In this document: piece by piece, positions 25,060-33,549 of the stretch
How positions within the stretch are numbered: position 1 is the first letter of the stretch
How the letters are laid out: every line of letters begins with the position of its first letter
Source of the DNA: Candidatus Falkowbacteria bacterium
Lineage (GTDB): Bacteria > Patescibacteriota > Patescibacteriia > UBA11705 > JABHMO01
Assembly (NCBI GenBank): GCA_018674305.1
Contig: JABHAL010000013.1
Span: forward strand, 74,553-128,386
Direction: 5' to 3'
DNA length: 53,834 bases
The notes under the pieces: model-generated
The model's database searches: none
What the model saw: only the letters and a program-made list of their open reading frames with translations
What the model was told of the DNA's origin: nothing
Position numbers and translations under genes: made by a program

Positions 25060-25359
25060 ATGAAATCTCAAGATTTACTTCAAGACAACATTATCGAGCT
25101 TTTGGGTTTACAAACTCTGCCAGATGAGAGAAAGCAGGCTTTGGTTGATAAAATGACAGAATTGGTACAAAAAAGATTAATCCTTCGTCTAATGGAACAG
25201 CTAGCAGACGAAGATGCTAAGAAAATGGCCGAGTTAGAGCAGACTCCAGTAGAGATGATGAATTTTTTATCTGAGAAATTTCCGAATTTAGAAGACATTG
25301 TTAATGAAGAAATAATTAAAGTCAAACAAGAAATGTTTGAAGCTACTGAGCAAGTTTAA
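25060..25359 (+). CDS. Small helical hypothetical protein (possibly DUF5663-like)
   Basis: 99-aa acidic, helical protein and first gene of a three-gene operon. The family name is a weak recollection only. Confidence 0.6.
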   Translation: MKSQDLLQDNIIELLGLQTLPDERKQALVDKMTELVQKRLILRLMEQLADEDAKKMAELEQTPVEMMNFLSEKFPNLEDIVNEEIIKVKQEMFEATEQV

Positions 25360-25373
25360 GACTTGTTTTTTTT

Positions 25374-25550
25374 ATGTCCGAAATAGATAAACAAAAAATT
25401 GCTCAAATGCAAGCAGCTTATGACGAATTCGTTTTGCAAATGAGAGATTTAGAAAAACAGGGTAATCATTTAGTTAACCAAGCCTTTAAAAAAGTTGATC
25501 ATGAAGACATTCAACAAGTTTTAGATGAGGTTAAAAAAATATCAGAGTAA
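25374..25550 (+). CDS. Small ORF of 58 aa, absent from the ORF track
   Basis: Encodes MSEIDKQKIAQMQAAYDEFVLQMRDLEKQGNHLVNQAFKKVDHEDIQQVLDEVKKISE. It fills the gap between neighbouring genes exactly (14 nt and 22 nt). Confidence 0.5.
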   Translation: MSEIDKQKIAQMQAAYDEFVLQMRDLEKQGNHLVNQAFKKVDHEDIQQVLDEVKKISE

Positions 25551-25572
25551 TAATTAAATAAAGTATAAACAT

Positions 25573-28500
25573 ATGGCATCAACAGCAGAGAGTTCAGCAC
25601 CAGCACCTGCTCCAAAGGAGAAAGACGTTACCAAGGAATTAGCAATTCAAGCTCGCAACTATTATAACCGAACACAAGTGCCGGATGGTGTTTCTGATGG
25701 CAAGCTTTATTATAGTCCAGCAAGAATTAGTGGTGTAAAAGAAGCACTTGAGAAATTAAATAAACTGGCCACTGAAAGTGAGGACATTAAAATCCTTGAT
25801 AGACACGGCGGTGAGATGATTTCTATTGATGAAGCTATTGTTAGCATTAAAGCTAATTTAAAATTATCCGAAGAGATTCATTTAGAAAAAGGTTATAAAG
25901 TCCCTGAAGCTTCTGAAGGCGCTGAGGCTGAAGAGTCAGTAGAAAGTGATGCAGAAAAGGTTGAAAAAAGAAAGGATGAGTTTGTTCAACAGGCCAAGGA
26001 AAAATTTGCAAAATTTGTTAAGCTAATGAATAAGTTGGAAAAATTGCCGGAATTTACTGAGGCTGAAGAGTTAAAAGAAAGAGCAAAAAAAGCAATAGAT
26101 ACTTTTGTGGAAAAATTGAACGCTATTTCATCTGGTGGGTCAGCTGAAGATCTTGGTAGCCCAGTAACGGAAATGCAAGCAATCGAACAAGAAGCAAAGA
26201 AATTGAACATTGATTTAGAAAAAGGGCAAGTGGTTAGTTGGACCAATGAAAAAGGAGAGAAATTAGCTGGCTTCGTGACTGGATTGGCGAAAAAAGGAAA
26301 GGGGATTATGATCCGAATAGGAGACAAAGATCATATTGTCAATCGTCAAGATGTGAAAATAGAATCCGGTAGTTCTGCTGAAATTAAAACTGAAGTTGTA
26401 AAAGCTACTAGCTTTGAATCTTTAAAAACCTTGTTACCAGATTATTTAACAGTAGGTAGCAAGATTTATGACAAAAAAGAATTACAAGACATGGTTGATC
26501 TTATTGTAAAAAGTAATCCTGCGATTGAAAGTCCATTGGTTCACGCGTTACCAAAAGAAGGTGGCTTTAGAAATAAAGTAATTGAATTGCTTCAACCGCA
26601 TCTATTGGAAGTTAAAAGAAATAATTATGCTGATAAGTATGCTAAAGTTTCTAAAAAATTTGGTGGAGTGGTTGGTTGGATTCGTCGAGCTACAAATTCA
26701 GGGGCATATTTGAAAGACATGGAAGGACTGCAGGAATCTAAGGATACTTATATGGAGGCTAGAGCGGAAACAGTAGCTGCCAAAATGGAAAAATGGACCA
26801 GTGAACAAATGGCTTTGTCTGATGCAAAGGCAGAAGCTTTTCAAAAAGAAAAAGGTTGGGGTAGCAAGGTCTATGATCTGTATCGCAATAATAAATATAT
26901 TAGAAAATTTAATAAAGGCCGACTTTACGTTGGTCTCGGCTTAATGGGTGCAAGTTTAGTAGCGGGAGCCCCAGTTTTAGCAACTGCTGGCGCATTCGGT
27001 GGAGCTTATTTTGCAGCTTCAAGAGCTTTTGGTTTTGTTGGTGGTTCAATGGGTTCATATGAATTGATGAATTGGGCAGACAAAAGAAAAGGTACAAAAA
27101 TCCCTTTATCTCCTGAAATAAAATCAAAACTAAAGGAATACAAAAAACAAATCAAGGGAGTTTTAGCCAACAAAGAAGCTGCTATACAAGAGCAAATGGA
27201 TGAATATGTTAGAAAAAATGGTTTATCTCGGAGTGAGAAGAGTGAAGATCCAGGATATTTAGCTTTAGCCAATCAATTAAAAGAACGTAAAAGATTAATC
27301 CAACAGAAAACAGTAGAGTTGCAAGCTGAACAAGCAATAGAGTTACCAGATGATCAGTTGGAAAAAGTATTGATATATTATCAAACAGTTGTTGTTAGAA
27401 ATGGAATAAAAATTTCTGAAGATCCAAAATATCAAATGTTACTTAAAGAAAAAGCTCGTCGAATGAAAGGTGTAATTGATGGATTAAAAGCGCAAGATGT
27501 GTCTTCAGAAAAAGCCAAGATTGGAGCAGAAGATAGAGAAAGATTGGAAAGGGCAGTTGAGGCTAGAGCGGAACATCTAAGAGAGTTAGCCATTCATCGA
27601 ACTGACGATTATATTCGAAATGTAATTTTAACTTTTGTCCGACAACAAGAATTAAACAAGGTAAAAGGAACTGCAGCACAAAGGAAAAAAAGTCCTGAGT
27701 ATAAACGTGCTCAAGCATGTCAAAATGTTTTGGATAAACGTTACAAAAATTTACCACCAGACATACAAGTTGTTTTAGATCAGCTTTCAGCAAAAGGAAC
27801 AAAGAATCCAGCTGAATATTATCAGCAAATATATACAACTGAGAGTGTTAAGAAGATTATGAAGGTAAGGAAACATGGGTTTGAAGAAGATATTAATCTT
27901 TTTTCCATTAACCTTGAGGCTTGGGAAATGAATGATGACTTTAAATCTCATCTTAATGAAGTTTTGTCCAATAATGAATTGATTAAAAAACAAGCGCAAG
28001 AAGATGTTCTGAATGATATGGAAACTTTTGTTACCGCTGTGGCAGAAAAAGAAAAAAGGGTTGAGGCAAAGGTCAACGCGTTAGAAGAAATATTGGCTAA
28101 AAAACTAAATGCAATTGATGAAAGAGCAGAGAGTGAAGCTTTGCAAAAACAGTGGAGTAATGAAACCCGTAGAACCGTACGAAAAGTTATCGCGGTTGAA
28201 ATTGGTGCGTTATTTGCTTCAGGTGTAGTTCAGCGTAAATTAATGGGAATGGCCTTTGGTAGTGGAGAAGCCGCTGCCGGCGAGGTCTCCGATACAAGAG
28301 CAAGTGGTGGGGGTGAAGTAGTTGAACCTACGCCAACCGTGGCAGAGGGTACACCTGGACCAGAGCGAGAGCTTGTCGCTGGAGTGGATTATCCGGGCGA
28401 AGCAGTTTTACCAGAAGATGATGCTGGAGTTACCGGCGCTGAAGTTGAAACAGCTGCGGTTAAAGCAGCTGAAGTCGAAACAGCTGTAGTAGAAGAACAC

Positions 28501-30306
28501 CCAGTTCCAGCAGTTGAAGCTGTATTAGACGCGACCTATCCAGAACAAACATTTGAATTTGGTGATGGTGATAGCGTTAGTCGTATTATGGACATAGAAA
28601 CAATGGATCATGGTCAGGAGATGTTTCCATCTCAGTGGGAAGAAGCTTTGGAAAGTGCGGGTGGCAATGAAACAGTAGCCAAAGAATCTTTTAATGAGTT
28701 TATTCATGACTGGAAAATGGGACAATTAAAAGGACTTGGTTACGATTGGGTGAAATTCGATGGTCAATATCATTATGGTTATCCATTTACACCACATGCT
28801 GGAGCAGAATTATCTTTTGTTCAGGATCCAGAAGCTATGGGTGGCTGGAAAATTGAAATGGCAGATCATCATTTAACTGAACATGACCAATTAAGATTTC
28901 GGGATTTGCCAGCTGAAGCTTGGCAAAATGGTTCAGTTAAAACCGTTTTAGGTGAAACCATTGAAGCACCAAAGGACTTAGAAGTGGCAGCAGTTGAAAA
29001 GTCAGTTGAGTTGCCAGTAGCCGAAGCTTCAGAACCAGTTTCTGAAGCCCCAATTGAAGAACCTATTGCTGATCCTGATCTTGAACCTGAAGAGGTTCTG
29101 GCAGAAGAGTCTATTGTTGAGCCTGAGGAGGTTCCAGCTGAAGAGCTAGCTACGGAAACAGAACAAGCGCCAGCTGAACCAAGGATGGACACAAGTAATC
29201 CCGGTGAAGTATATATGGAATCTGATAGCCGTGGATTGAATAGAGCGGAATTAGTTGATAATAATATTTTGCGTGATGATTGGGTTGATCATGCCAGGGG
29301 TGCAGGAAATAATCCAGCACTTGCTCAACAAGCTATTGAATCTAGAGCGAGTCGCGTTTTTAATCTTCAGCAAGCTATGGAAAGGGCAGCTGCAAGCGGA
29401 GATGCTGAAGCTGTCGCTAAGCTTGGTAGGAACATTGATTTAATTGTAAATCAAACAGAAAATAAGTATGGCCCTGTATTTGAAAGCGGAGTAGGTGAAG
29501 TACCGGAGGTTGAAGTTAATGCTGGTGAGGCTGGCGCCGAGTTGGAACAATCTGTTGTCGATGAACCGGCTGAGACTGGAGAACCAGCAGGATTTGAGGG
29601 CACTCCAACAGAGCGAGCAGCTGAATTTACAAAGCTTCACCGTAGTGATTATCCGGGCGTTGGAGAAATGCAAAATGAGGGGATCATTCGCAAAGGATAT
29701 TTGGCCGATTTAGAAGGTTTAGATGAAGATGGTGAAGTTAAGCAGAATCAAGTAGCTAATCATGCTCGAAGAATTGTTCGACTTGAGGATGCTTTAGCTG
29801 ATGCCAAAGAAGCTGGAGATAATGAAGCGGCCAAGATCTTAGAAGAAAAGATTGATAATAATTACAAAAGAATTCCCGTGAAATATCGAGAAGCATTTGT
29901 GCATTATAATAATGAACCAGTAGTTGAAGCACCTGAACCTGCGGTTGGGGATACGGAATTAGTAGGCACTCCATATGATAGAGCTAATGAATATATTAAT
30001 GATGCCATTCCTCCAACAAATGAAACGATTGCTAATGGTGACGGAGCAGTTTTACGTGACGACTGGATTCAAGAAGCAGTTAAAGTAGCTAAAGATCAGG
30101 GGATTACAGATGTTAAGTTAGCTGAAAAATTTGTATCAGATACTTATCGGCAAGCTACAGATATATACGAAATGCAAGGTGCTTTGCATGCTGCTGAGGC
30201 GGCAGGTGACACGTCAGCAGTTGAGGAGATTAAAGGTAGATTAGCTTCCAATTTGTCCGCAATGAATAATCAGCTCAGAGACGCAATTTATACTGTAAAA
30301 TATTAA
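25573..30306 (+). CDS. Giant 1577-aa hypothetical membrane protein with three C-terminal ~130-aa repeats
   Basis: Uninterrupted ORF. Gly/Ala-rich TM region is at about nt 26917-27064 and a second hydrophobic segment at about 28180-28235. Acidic Pro/Glu/Val linkers separate the parts. Repeat anchors are LRDDW at 29269, IRKGY at about 29682 and LRDDW at 30052. Confidence 0.85.
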   Translation: MASTAESSAPAPAPKEKDVTKELAIQARNYYNRTQVPDGVSDGKLYYSPARISGVKEALEKLNKLATESEDIKILDRHGGEMISIDEAIVSIKANLKLSEEIHLEKGYKVPEASEGAEAEESVESDAEKVEKRKDEFVQQAKEKFAKFVKLMNKLEKLPEFTEAEELKERAKKAIDTFVEKLNAISSGGSAEDLGSPVTEMQAIEQEAKKLNIDLEKGQVVSWTNEKGEKLAGFVTGLAKKGKGIMIRIGDKDHIVNRQDVKIESGSSAEIKTEVVKATSFESLKTLLPDYLTVGSKIYDKKELQDMVDLIVKSNPAIESPLVHALPKEGGFRNKVIELLQPHLLEVKRNNYADKYAKVSKKFGGVVGWIRRATNSGAYLKDMEGLQESKDTYMEARAETVAAKMEKWTSEQMALSDAKAEAFQKEKGWGSKVYDLYRNNKYIRKFNKGRLYVGLGLMGASLVAGAPVLATAGAFGGAYFAASRAFGFVGGSMGSYELMNWADKRKGTKIPLSPEIKSKLKEYKKQIKGVLANKEAAIQEQMDEYVRKNGLSRSEKSEDPGYLALANQLKERKRLIQQKTVELQAEQAIELPDDQLEKVLIYYQTVVVRNGIKISEDPKYQMLLKEKARRMKGVIDGLKAQDVSSEKAKIGAEDRERLERAVEARAEHLRELAIHRTDDYIRNVILTFVRQQELNKVKGTAAQRKKSPEYKRAQACQNVLDKRYKNLPPDIQVVLDQLSAKGTKNPAEYYQQIYTTESVKKIMKVRKHGFEEDINLFSINLEAWEMNDDFKSHLNEVLSNNELIKKQAQEDVLNDMETFVTAVAEKEKRVEAKVNALEEILAKKLNAIDERAESEALQKQWSNETRRTVRKVIAVEIGALFASGVVQRKLMGMAFGSGEAAAGEVSDTRASGGGEVVEPTPTVAEGTPGPERELVAGVDYPGEAVLPEDDAGVTGAEVETAAVKAAEVETAVVEEHPVPAVEAVLDATYPEQTFEFGDGDSVSRIMDIETMDHGQEMFPSQWEEALESAGGNETVAKESFNEFIHDWKMGQLKGLGYDWVKFDGQYHYGYPFTPHAGAELSFVQDPEAMGGWKIEMADHHLTEHDQLRFRDLPAEAWQNGSVKTVLGETIEAPKDLEVAAVEKSVELPVAEASEPVSEAPIEEPIADPDLEPEEVLAEESIVEPEEVPAEELATETEQAPAEPRMDTSNPGEVYMESDSRGLNRAELVDNNILRDDWVDHARGAGNNPALAQQAIESRASRVFNLQQAMERAAASGDAEAVAKLGRNIDLIVNQTENKYGPVFESGVGEVPEVEVNAGEAGAELEQSVVDEPAETGEPAGFEGTPTERAAEFTKLHRSDYPGVGEMQNEGIIRKGYLADLEGLDEDGEVKQNQVANHARRIVRLEDALADAKEAGDNEAAKILEEKIDNNYKRIPVKYREAFVHYNNEPVVEAPEPAVGDTELVGTPYDRANEYINDAIPPTNETIANGDGAVLRDDWIQEAVKVAKDQGITDVKLAEKFVSDTYRQATDIYEMQGALHAAEAAGDTSAVEEIKGRLASNLSAMNNQLRDAIYTVKY

Positions 30307-30316
30307 AATATTTAGT

Positions 30317-30350
30317 AAAGAAGGCTAAATCAAAGCCTTCTTTATTTTTT
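30317..30350 (+). terminator. Intrinsic terminator
   Basis: AAAGAAGGCT-AAATCAA-AGCCTTCTTT followed by a T-run. Confidence 0.8.
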
Positions 30351-30405
30351 GAAAAAAATATGTTAAACTACATCAAGAGTTATATGTAATAATTTTATCT
30401 CAAAT

Positions 30406-31659
30406 ATGTCAAGTTTTATCATTCAAGGAGGTAACCTGCTAAAAGGTGAAATTACCGTTAGTGGAGCCAAAAATGCAGCTTTGAAAATCATTGCCGCTAG
30501 TTTATTATCTGAAGAAAAAATTACAATTAATAATGTCCCAGATATTGAAGAAATTAATCGTCTTCTCGAATTGTGTGAATTTGCTGGTAGTAAGGTTGAA
30601 CGAAGTAATGGTCAGATTGTAATGCAAACTTCAAAAATTACTCAAACAGATTTAAATCCAGAGTTGGTTAATAAAATAAGAGCTTCAATTCTTTTGATTG
30701 GGCCAATTTTATTACGTCAGGGCGAAGTTAGATTACCTCACCCTGGTGGTTGCGCAATTGGGCAACGTCCAATTGATATTTTCATTGATGGATTTCGTAA
30801 GTTTGGTGCAGAAGTAAGAGAAAATCAAGATCATTACCATTTTAGAGCTGATAAACTTGTTGGTATGAATTTTGTTTTTCCAAAGATTTCAGTTACTGCT
30901 ACAGAAGTTTTAATGATGACTGCAACTTTAGCAGAAGGTAAAACGATTTTGAAAAATGCAGCTTGTGAGCCAGAAATTCCGGAGTTAGCGGAATATTTAA
31001 ATAGTTGTGGTGCAAAAATCAGTGGAGCTGGCACTCATACAATTACGATTGAAGGTGTTGATAAATTAACTGCAGATGTTTACGAGGTTTTGCCTGATCG
31101 TGTTGAAGCTGGTAGTTTTGCAATTCTTGGAGCATTGTGTGGTGATCCAATTCGAGTTACAAATTGTCGACCAGATCACTTGGAAGCTTTGTGGGCAATG
31201 TTTGATAAAATGGGTGTTGATTATGAGTTAGGAGAAGATTGGGTGGAAGTTTGTAAAACTAAGGATCTTGAAGCAGTTGATATTGTTACACATGAATACC
31301 CAGGTTTTATAACAGATCTGCAACAGCCTTTCACAGTTTTATTGACTCAAGCTGAGGGAATGTGTTTGGTTCATGAAACAATTTTTGAAGGACGATTATT
31401 TTACACTGATAAATTAAAACAAATGGGTGCTAATATAATTATGTGTGATCCACATCGGGTTATTGTAAGTGGGCCGAGTAAACTGTATGGCAGACATTTG
31501 GAAAGTCCGGATTTGCGAGCAGGTTTTGCATTGCTTTTAGCTGGTCTGATGGCAGAAGGGCAGACAGTTATTGATAATATTTACCAAATAGATCGAGGTT
31601 ACCAAAAAATTGAAGAACGTTTATCAAAATTAGGCGCTAAAATTATTAGAAGTAAATAA
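30406..31659 (+). CDS. murA: UDP-N-acetylglucosamine 1-carboxyvinyltransferase
   Basis: 417 aa with VSGAKNAALKI and the active-site loop LPHPGGCAIGQRPID. Confidence 0.93.
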   Translation: MSSFIIQGGNLLKGEITVSGAKNAALKIIAASLLSEEKITINNVPDIEEINRLLELCEFAGSKVERSNGQIVMQTSKITQTDLNPELVNKIRASILLIGPILLRQGEVRLPHPGGCAIGQRPIDIFIDGFRKFGAEVRENQDHYHFRADKLVGMNFVFPKISVTATEVLMMTATLAEGKTILKNAACEPEIPELAEYLNSCGAKISGAGTHTITIEGVDKLTADVYEVLPDRVEAGSFAILGALCGDPIRVTNCRPDHLEALWAMFDKMGVDYELGEDWVEVCKTKDLEAVDIVTHEYPGFITDLQQPFTVLLTQAEGMCLVHETIFEGRLFYTDKLKQMGANIIMCDPHRVIVSGPSKLYGRHLESPDLRAGFALLLAGLMAEGQTVIDNIYQIDRGYQKIEERLSKLGAKIIRSK

Positions 31660-31667
31660 AAAAAATT

Positions 31668-32939
31668 ATGGAGACAATCGAAAATAAAAATGTAGGCCAG
31701 CTGGATCCAACCGGACGAAGATTGATACAACCAAAAACCAAAACAAAAAAAAGTATTGTAGTTAGCATAGTGATTGTTGTTTTATGTATTTTGTTCTTTT
31801 CTGGTGGTTATGTTTTTGGAAAAATTAGTGAAGGTAAAATTAATTTTAAAGTGGACCCTGAATATTATAAAGCAACCAAATTATCCAAATTGTTTGATAA
31901 TCGTTTAGTTGAACAAGTTTGGACAATATTACAAACTGAATATGTTGACAAGGACACTTTGGAGGAAAAAGAACTTTTTTATAATGCTCTTGAAGGATTT
32001 GTTGAGGGAGCTGGAGATCCATATACCGTTTTGTTAGATCCCGAATTGTCGAAAGAATTTGAACAACAAATCGCAGGTGAATTTGAAGGTATTGGCGCGC
32101 AAATTGGCATACGAGATGAGATTGTTACTGTTATTGCTCCGCTGTCAGGTACGCCAGCCGATAAAGCTGGTTTACTAGCTGGTGACAAAATTTACGCTGT
32201 CGATGGTCAGGAGGTTATGGGAATGAATTTAGACAAGGTAGTTAGATTAATTCGAGGACCAAAGGGGTCACAAGTAACACTTCTCATAGTTAGAGGGAGT
32301 GGGGATGCTCAAGATGTTATCATTACCCGTGGTGTAATTGAATTGAAAAGCGTTAAATGGGACTATCGTTCGGATGGTATAATGTACATTGAATTAAGTG
32401 CTTTTAATGAAGATACTTTGGAGCTATTCTCTGATTTAGAGGCAGAAGTAGCAAAGGTTAATCCGAAAGGGTTGGTATTGGATATGCGTAATAATCCAGG
32501 AGGATTGCTTAACGTGGCCCTAGATATTTCTTCTTACTGGATAGAGAAAGATAAATTGTTGTTAACTGAAAAATTTGGTGATGGCAGAGAAATTCAATAC
32601 AATGCTGGTAATTCAACTCCATTTGCTAAATATGAAACAGTAGCGTTGATTAATCAAGGTAGTGCTTCAGGATCTGAAATCGTTGCTGGTGTATTGCAAG
32701 AATATGAAATTGCCAAAATCTATGGTGAAAAAAGTTATGGCAAGGGATCAGTTCAGTCTGTGAGAAAATTACCAGACGGGTCTTCACTGAAAGTAACAGT
32801 CGCCAAATGGTTAACTCCGCTGGGTCGAAGTATTAATGACGAAGGAATCGCACCAGATGTTGAAGTTGAAATTACCAGTGAAGATTATTTGGAAGAAAAA
32901 GACCCACAGTTAGATGAGGCCATTAAACAGTTCAAATAG
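31668..32939 (+). CDS. S41 carboxy-terminal processing peptidase
   Basis: N-terminal TM helix, PDZ segment GTPADKAGLLAGDKIYAVDG, and the NNPGG and GSASGSEI motifs. Confidence 0.88.
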   Translation: METIENKNVGQLDPTGRRLIQPKTKTKKSIVVSIVIVVLCILFFSGGYVFGKISEGKINFKVDPEYYKATKLSKLFDNRLVEQVWTILQTEYVDKDTLEEKELFYNALEGFVEGAGDPYTVLLDPELSKEFEQQIAGEFEGIGAQIGIRDEIVTVIAPLSGTPADKAGLLAGDKIYAVDGQEVMGMNLDKVVRLIRGPKGSQVTLLIVRGSGDAQDVIITRGVIELKSVKWDYRSDGIMYIELSAFNEDTLELFSDLEAEVAKVNPKGLVLDMRNNPGGLLNVALDISSYWIEKDKLLLTEKFGDGREIQYNAGNSTPFAKYETVALINQGSASGSEIVAGVLQEYEIAKIYGEKSYGKGSVQSVRKLPDGSSLKVTVAKWLTPLGRSINDEGIAPDVEVEITSEDYLEEKDPQLDEAIKQFK

Positions 32940-32968
32940 AAATCAATTTAAGAAATTTTACAAATAAC

Positions 32969-32994
32969 AAAAAGGAGGGGACACTCTCCTTTTT
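32969..32994 (+). terminator. Intrinsic terminator
   Basis: AAAAAGGAG-GGGACACT-CTCCTTTTT. Confidence 0.7.
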
Positions 32995-33009
32995 GTAAAT
33001 ATAAATTAT

Positions 33010-33453
33010 ATGAAAGTAGTTTTATTAAAATCTTTTGAATCTTTGGGAAGAGCTGGGGAAGTTAAAAATGTGTCTGATGGTTATGCTAGTAACTTTTTGT
33101 TGCCTAAAAAGATAGCCGTGGCAGCTTCAGATAGTAATGTTGCCAAGTACTCAAAACTGGCAACGCAGCCAGCCGTTAAATCAGCTGGTCGAGGGTCTTC
33201 ACCAGAAGCCTTAGCCAATAAGCTTCGAGCTATTGTTGTCAATTTTCACGAAAAAGTTGGTGAAGGTGGAACTTTTTTTGCAGGGATAACAAAAGAAAAA
33301 ATCATTACAGCTGTGCAAGATAAGGGTGTCTCTCTGAAAATTAAACAACTTGAATTAGCGGAACCAATAAAAAAACCGGGTACGTATAAGGTCCCAGTTA
33401 ATGTTGATTCTGGTTTAAAAAGTGAAATTACCTTGATTGCAAGTGAGAAATAA
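33010..33453 (+). CDS. rplI: 50S ribosomal protein L9
   Basis: MKVVLLKSFESLGRAGEVKNVSDGYASNFLLPKKIA is a classic L9 N-terminus. Confidence 0.92.
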   Translation: MKVVLLKSFESLGRAGEVKNVSDGYASNFLLPKKIAVAASDSNVAKYSKLATQPAVKSAGRGSSPEALANKLRAIVVNFHEKVGEGGTFFAGITKEKIITAVQDKGVSLKIKQLELAEPIKKPGTYKVPVNVDSGLKSEITLIASEK

Positions 33454-33549
33454 ATAAGGTAAAAGTTAAAAAGTAAAAGTATCTATTAGTAAATCTGTAT
33501 TTAAAAACTATACTGTAAACTTTTAACTTTGGATTTTTACCTGAATAAT

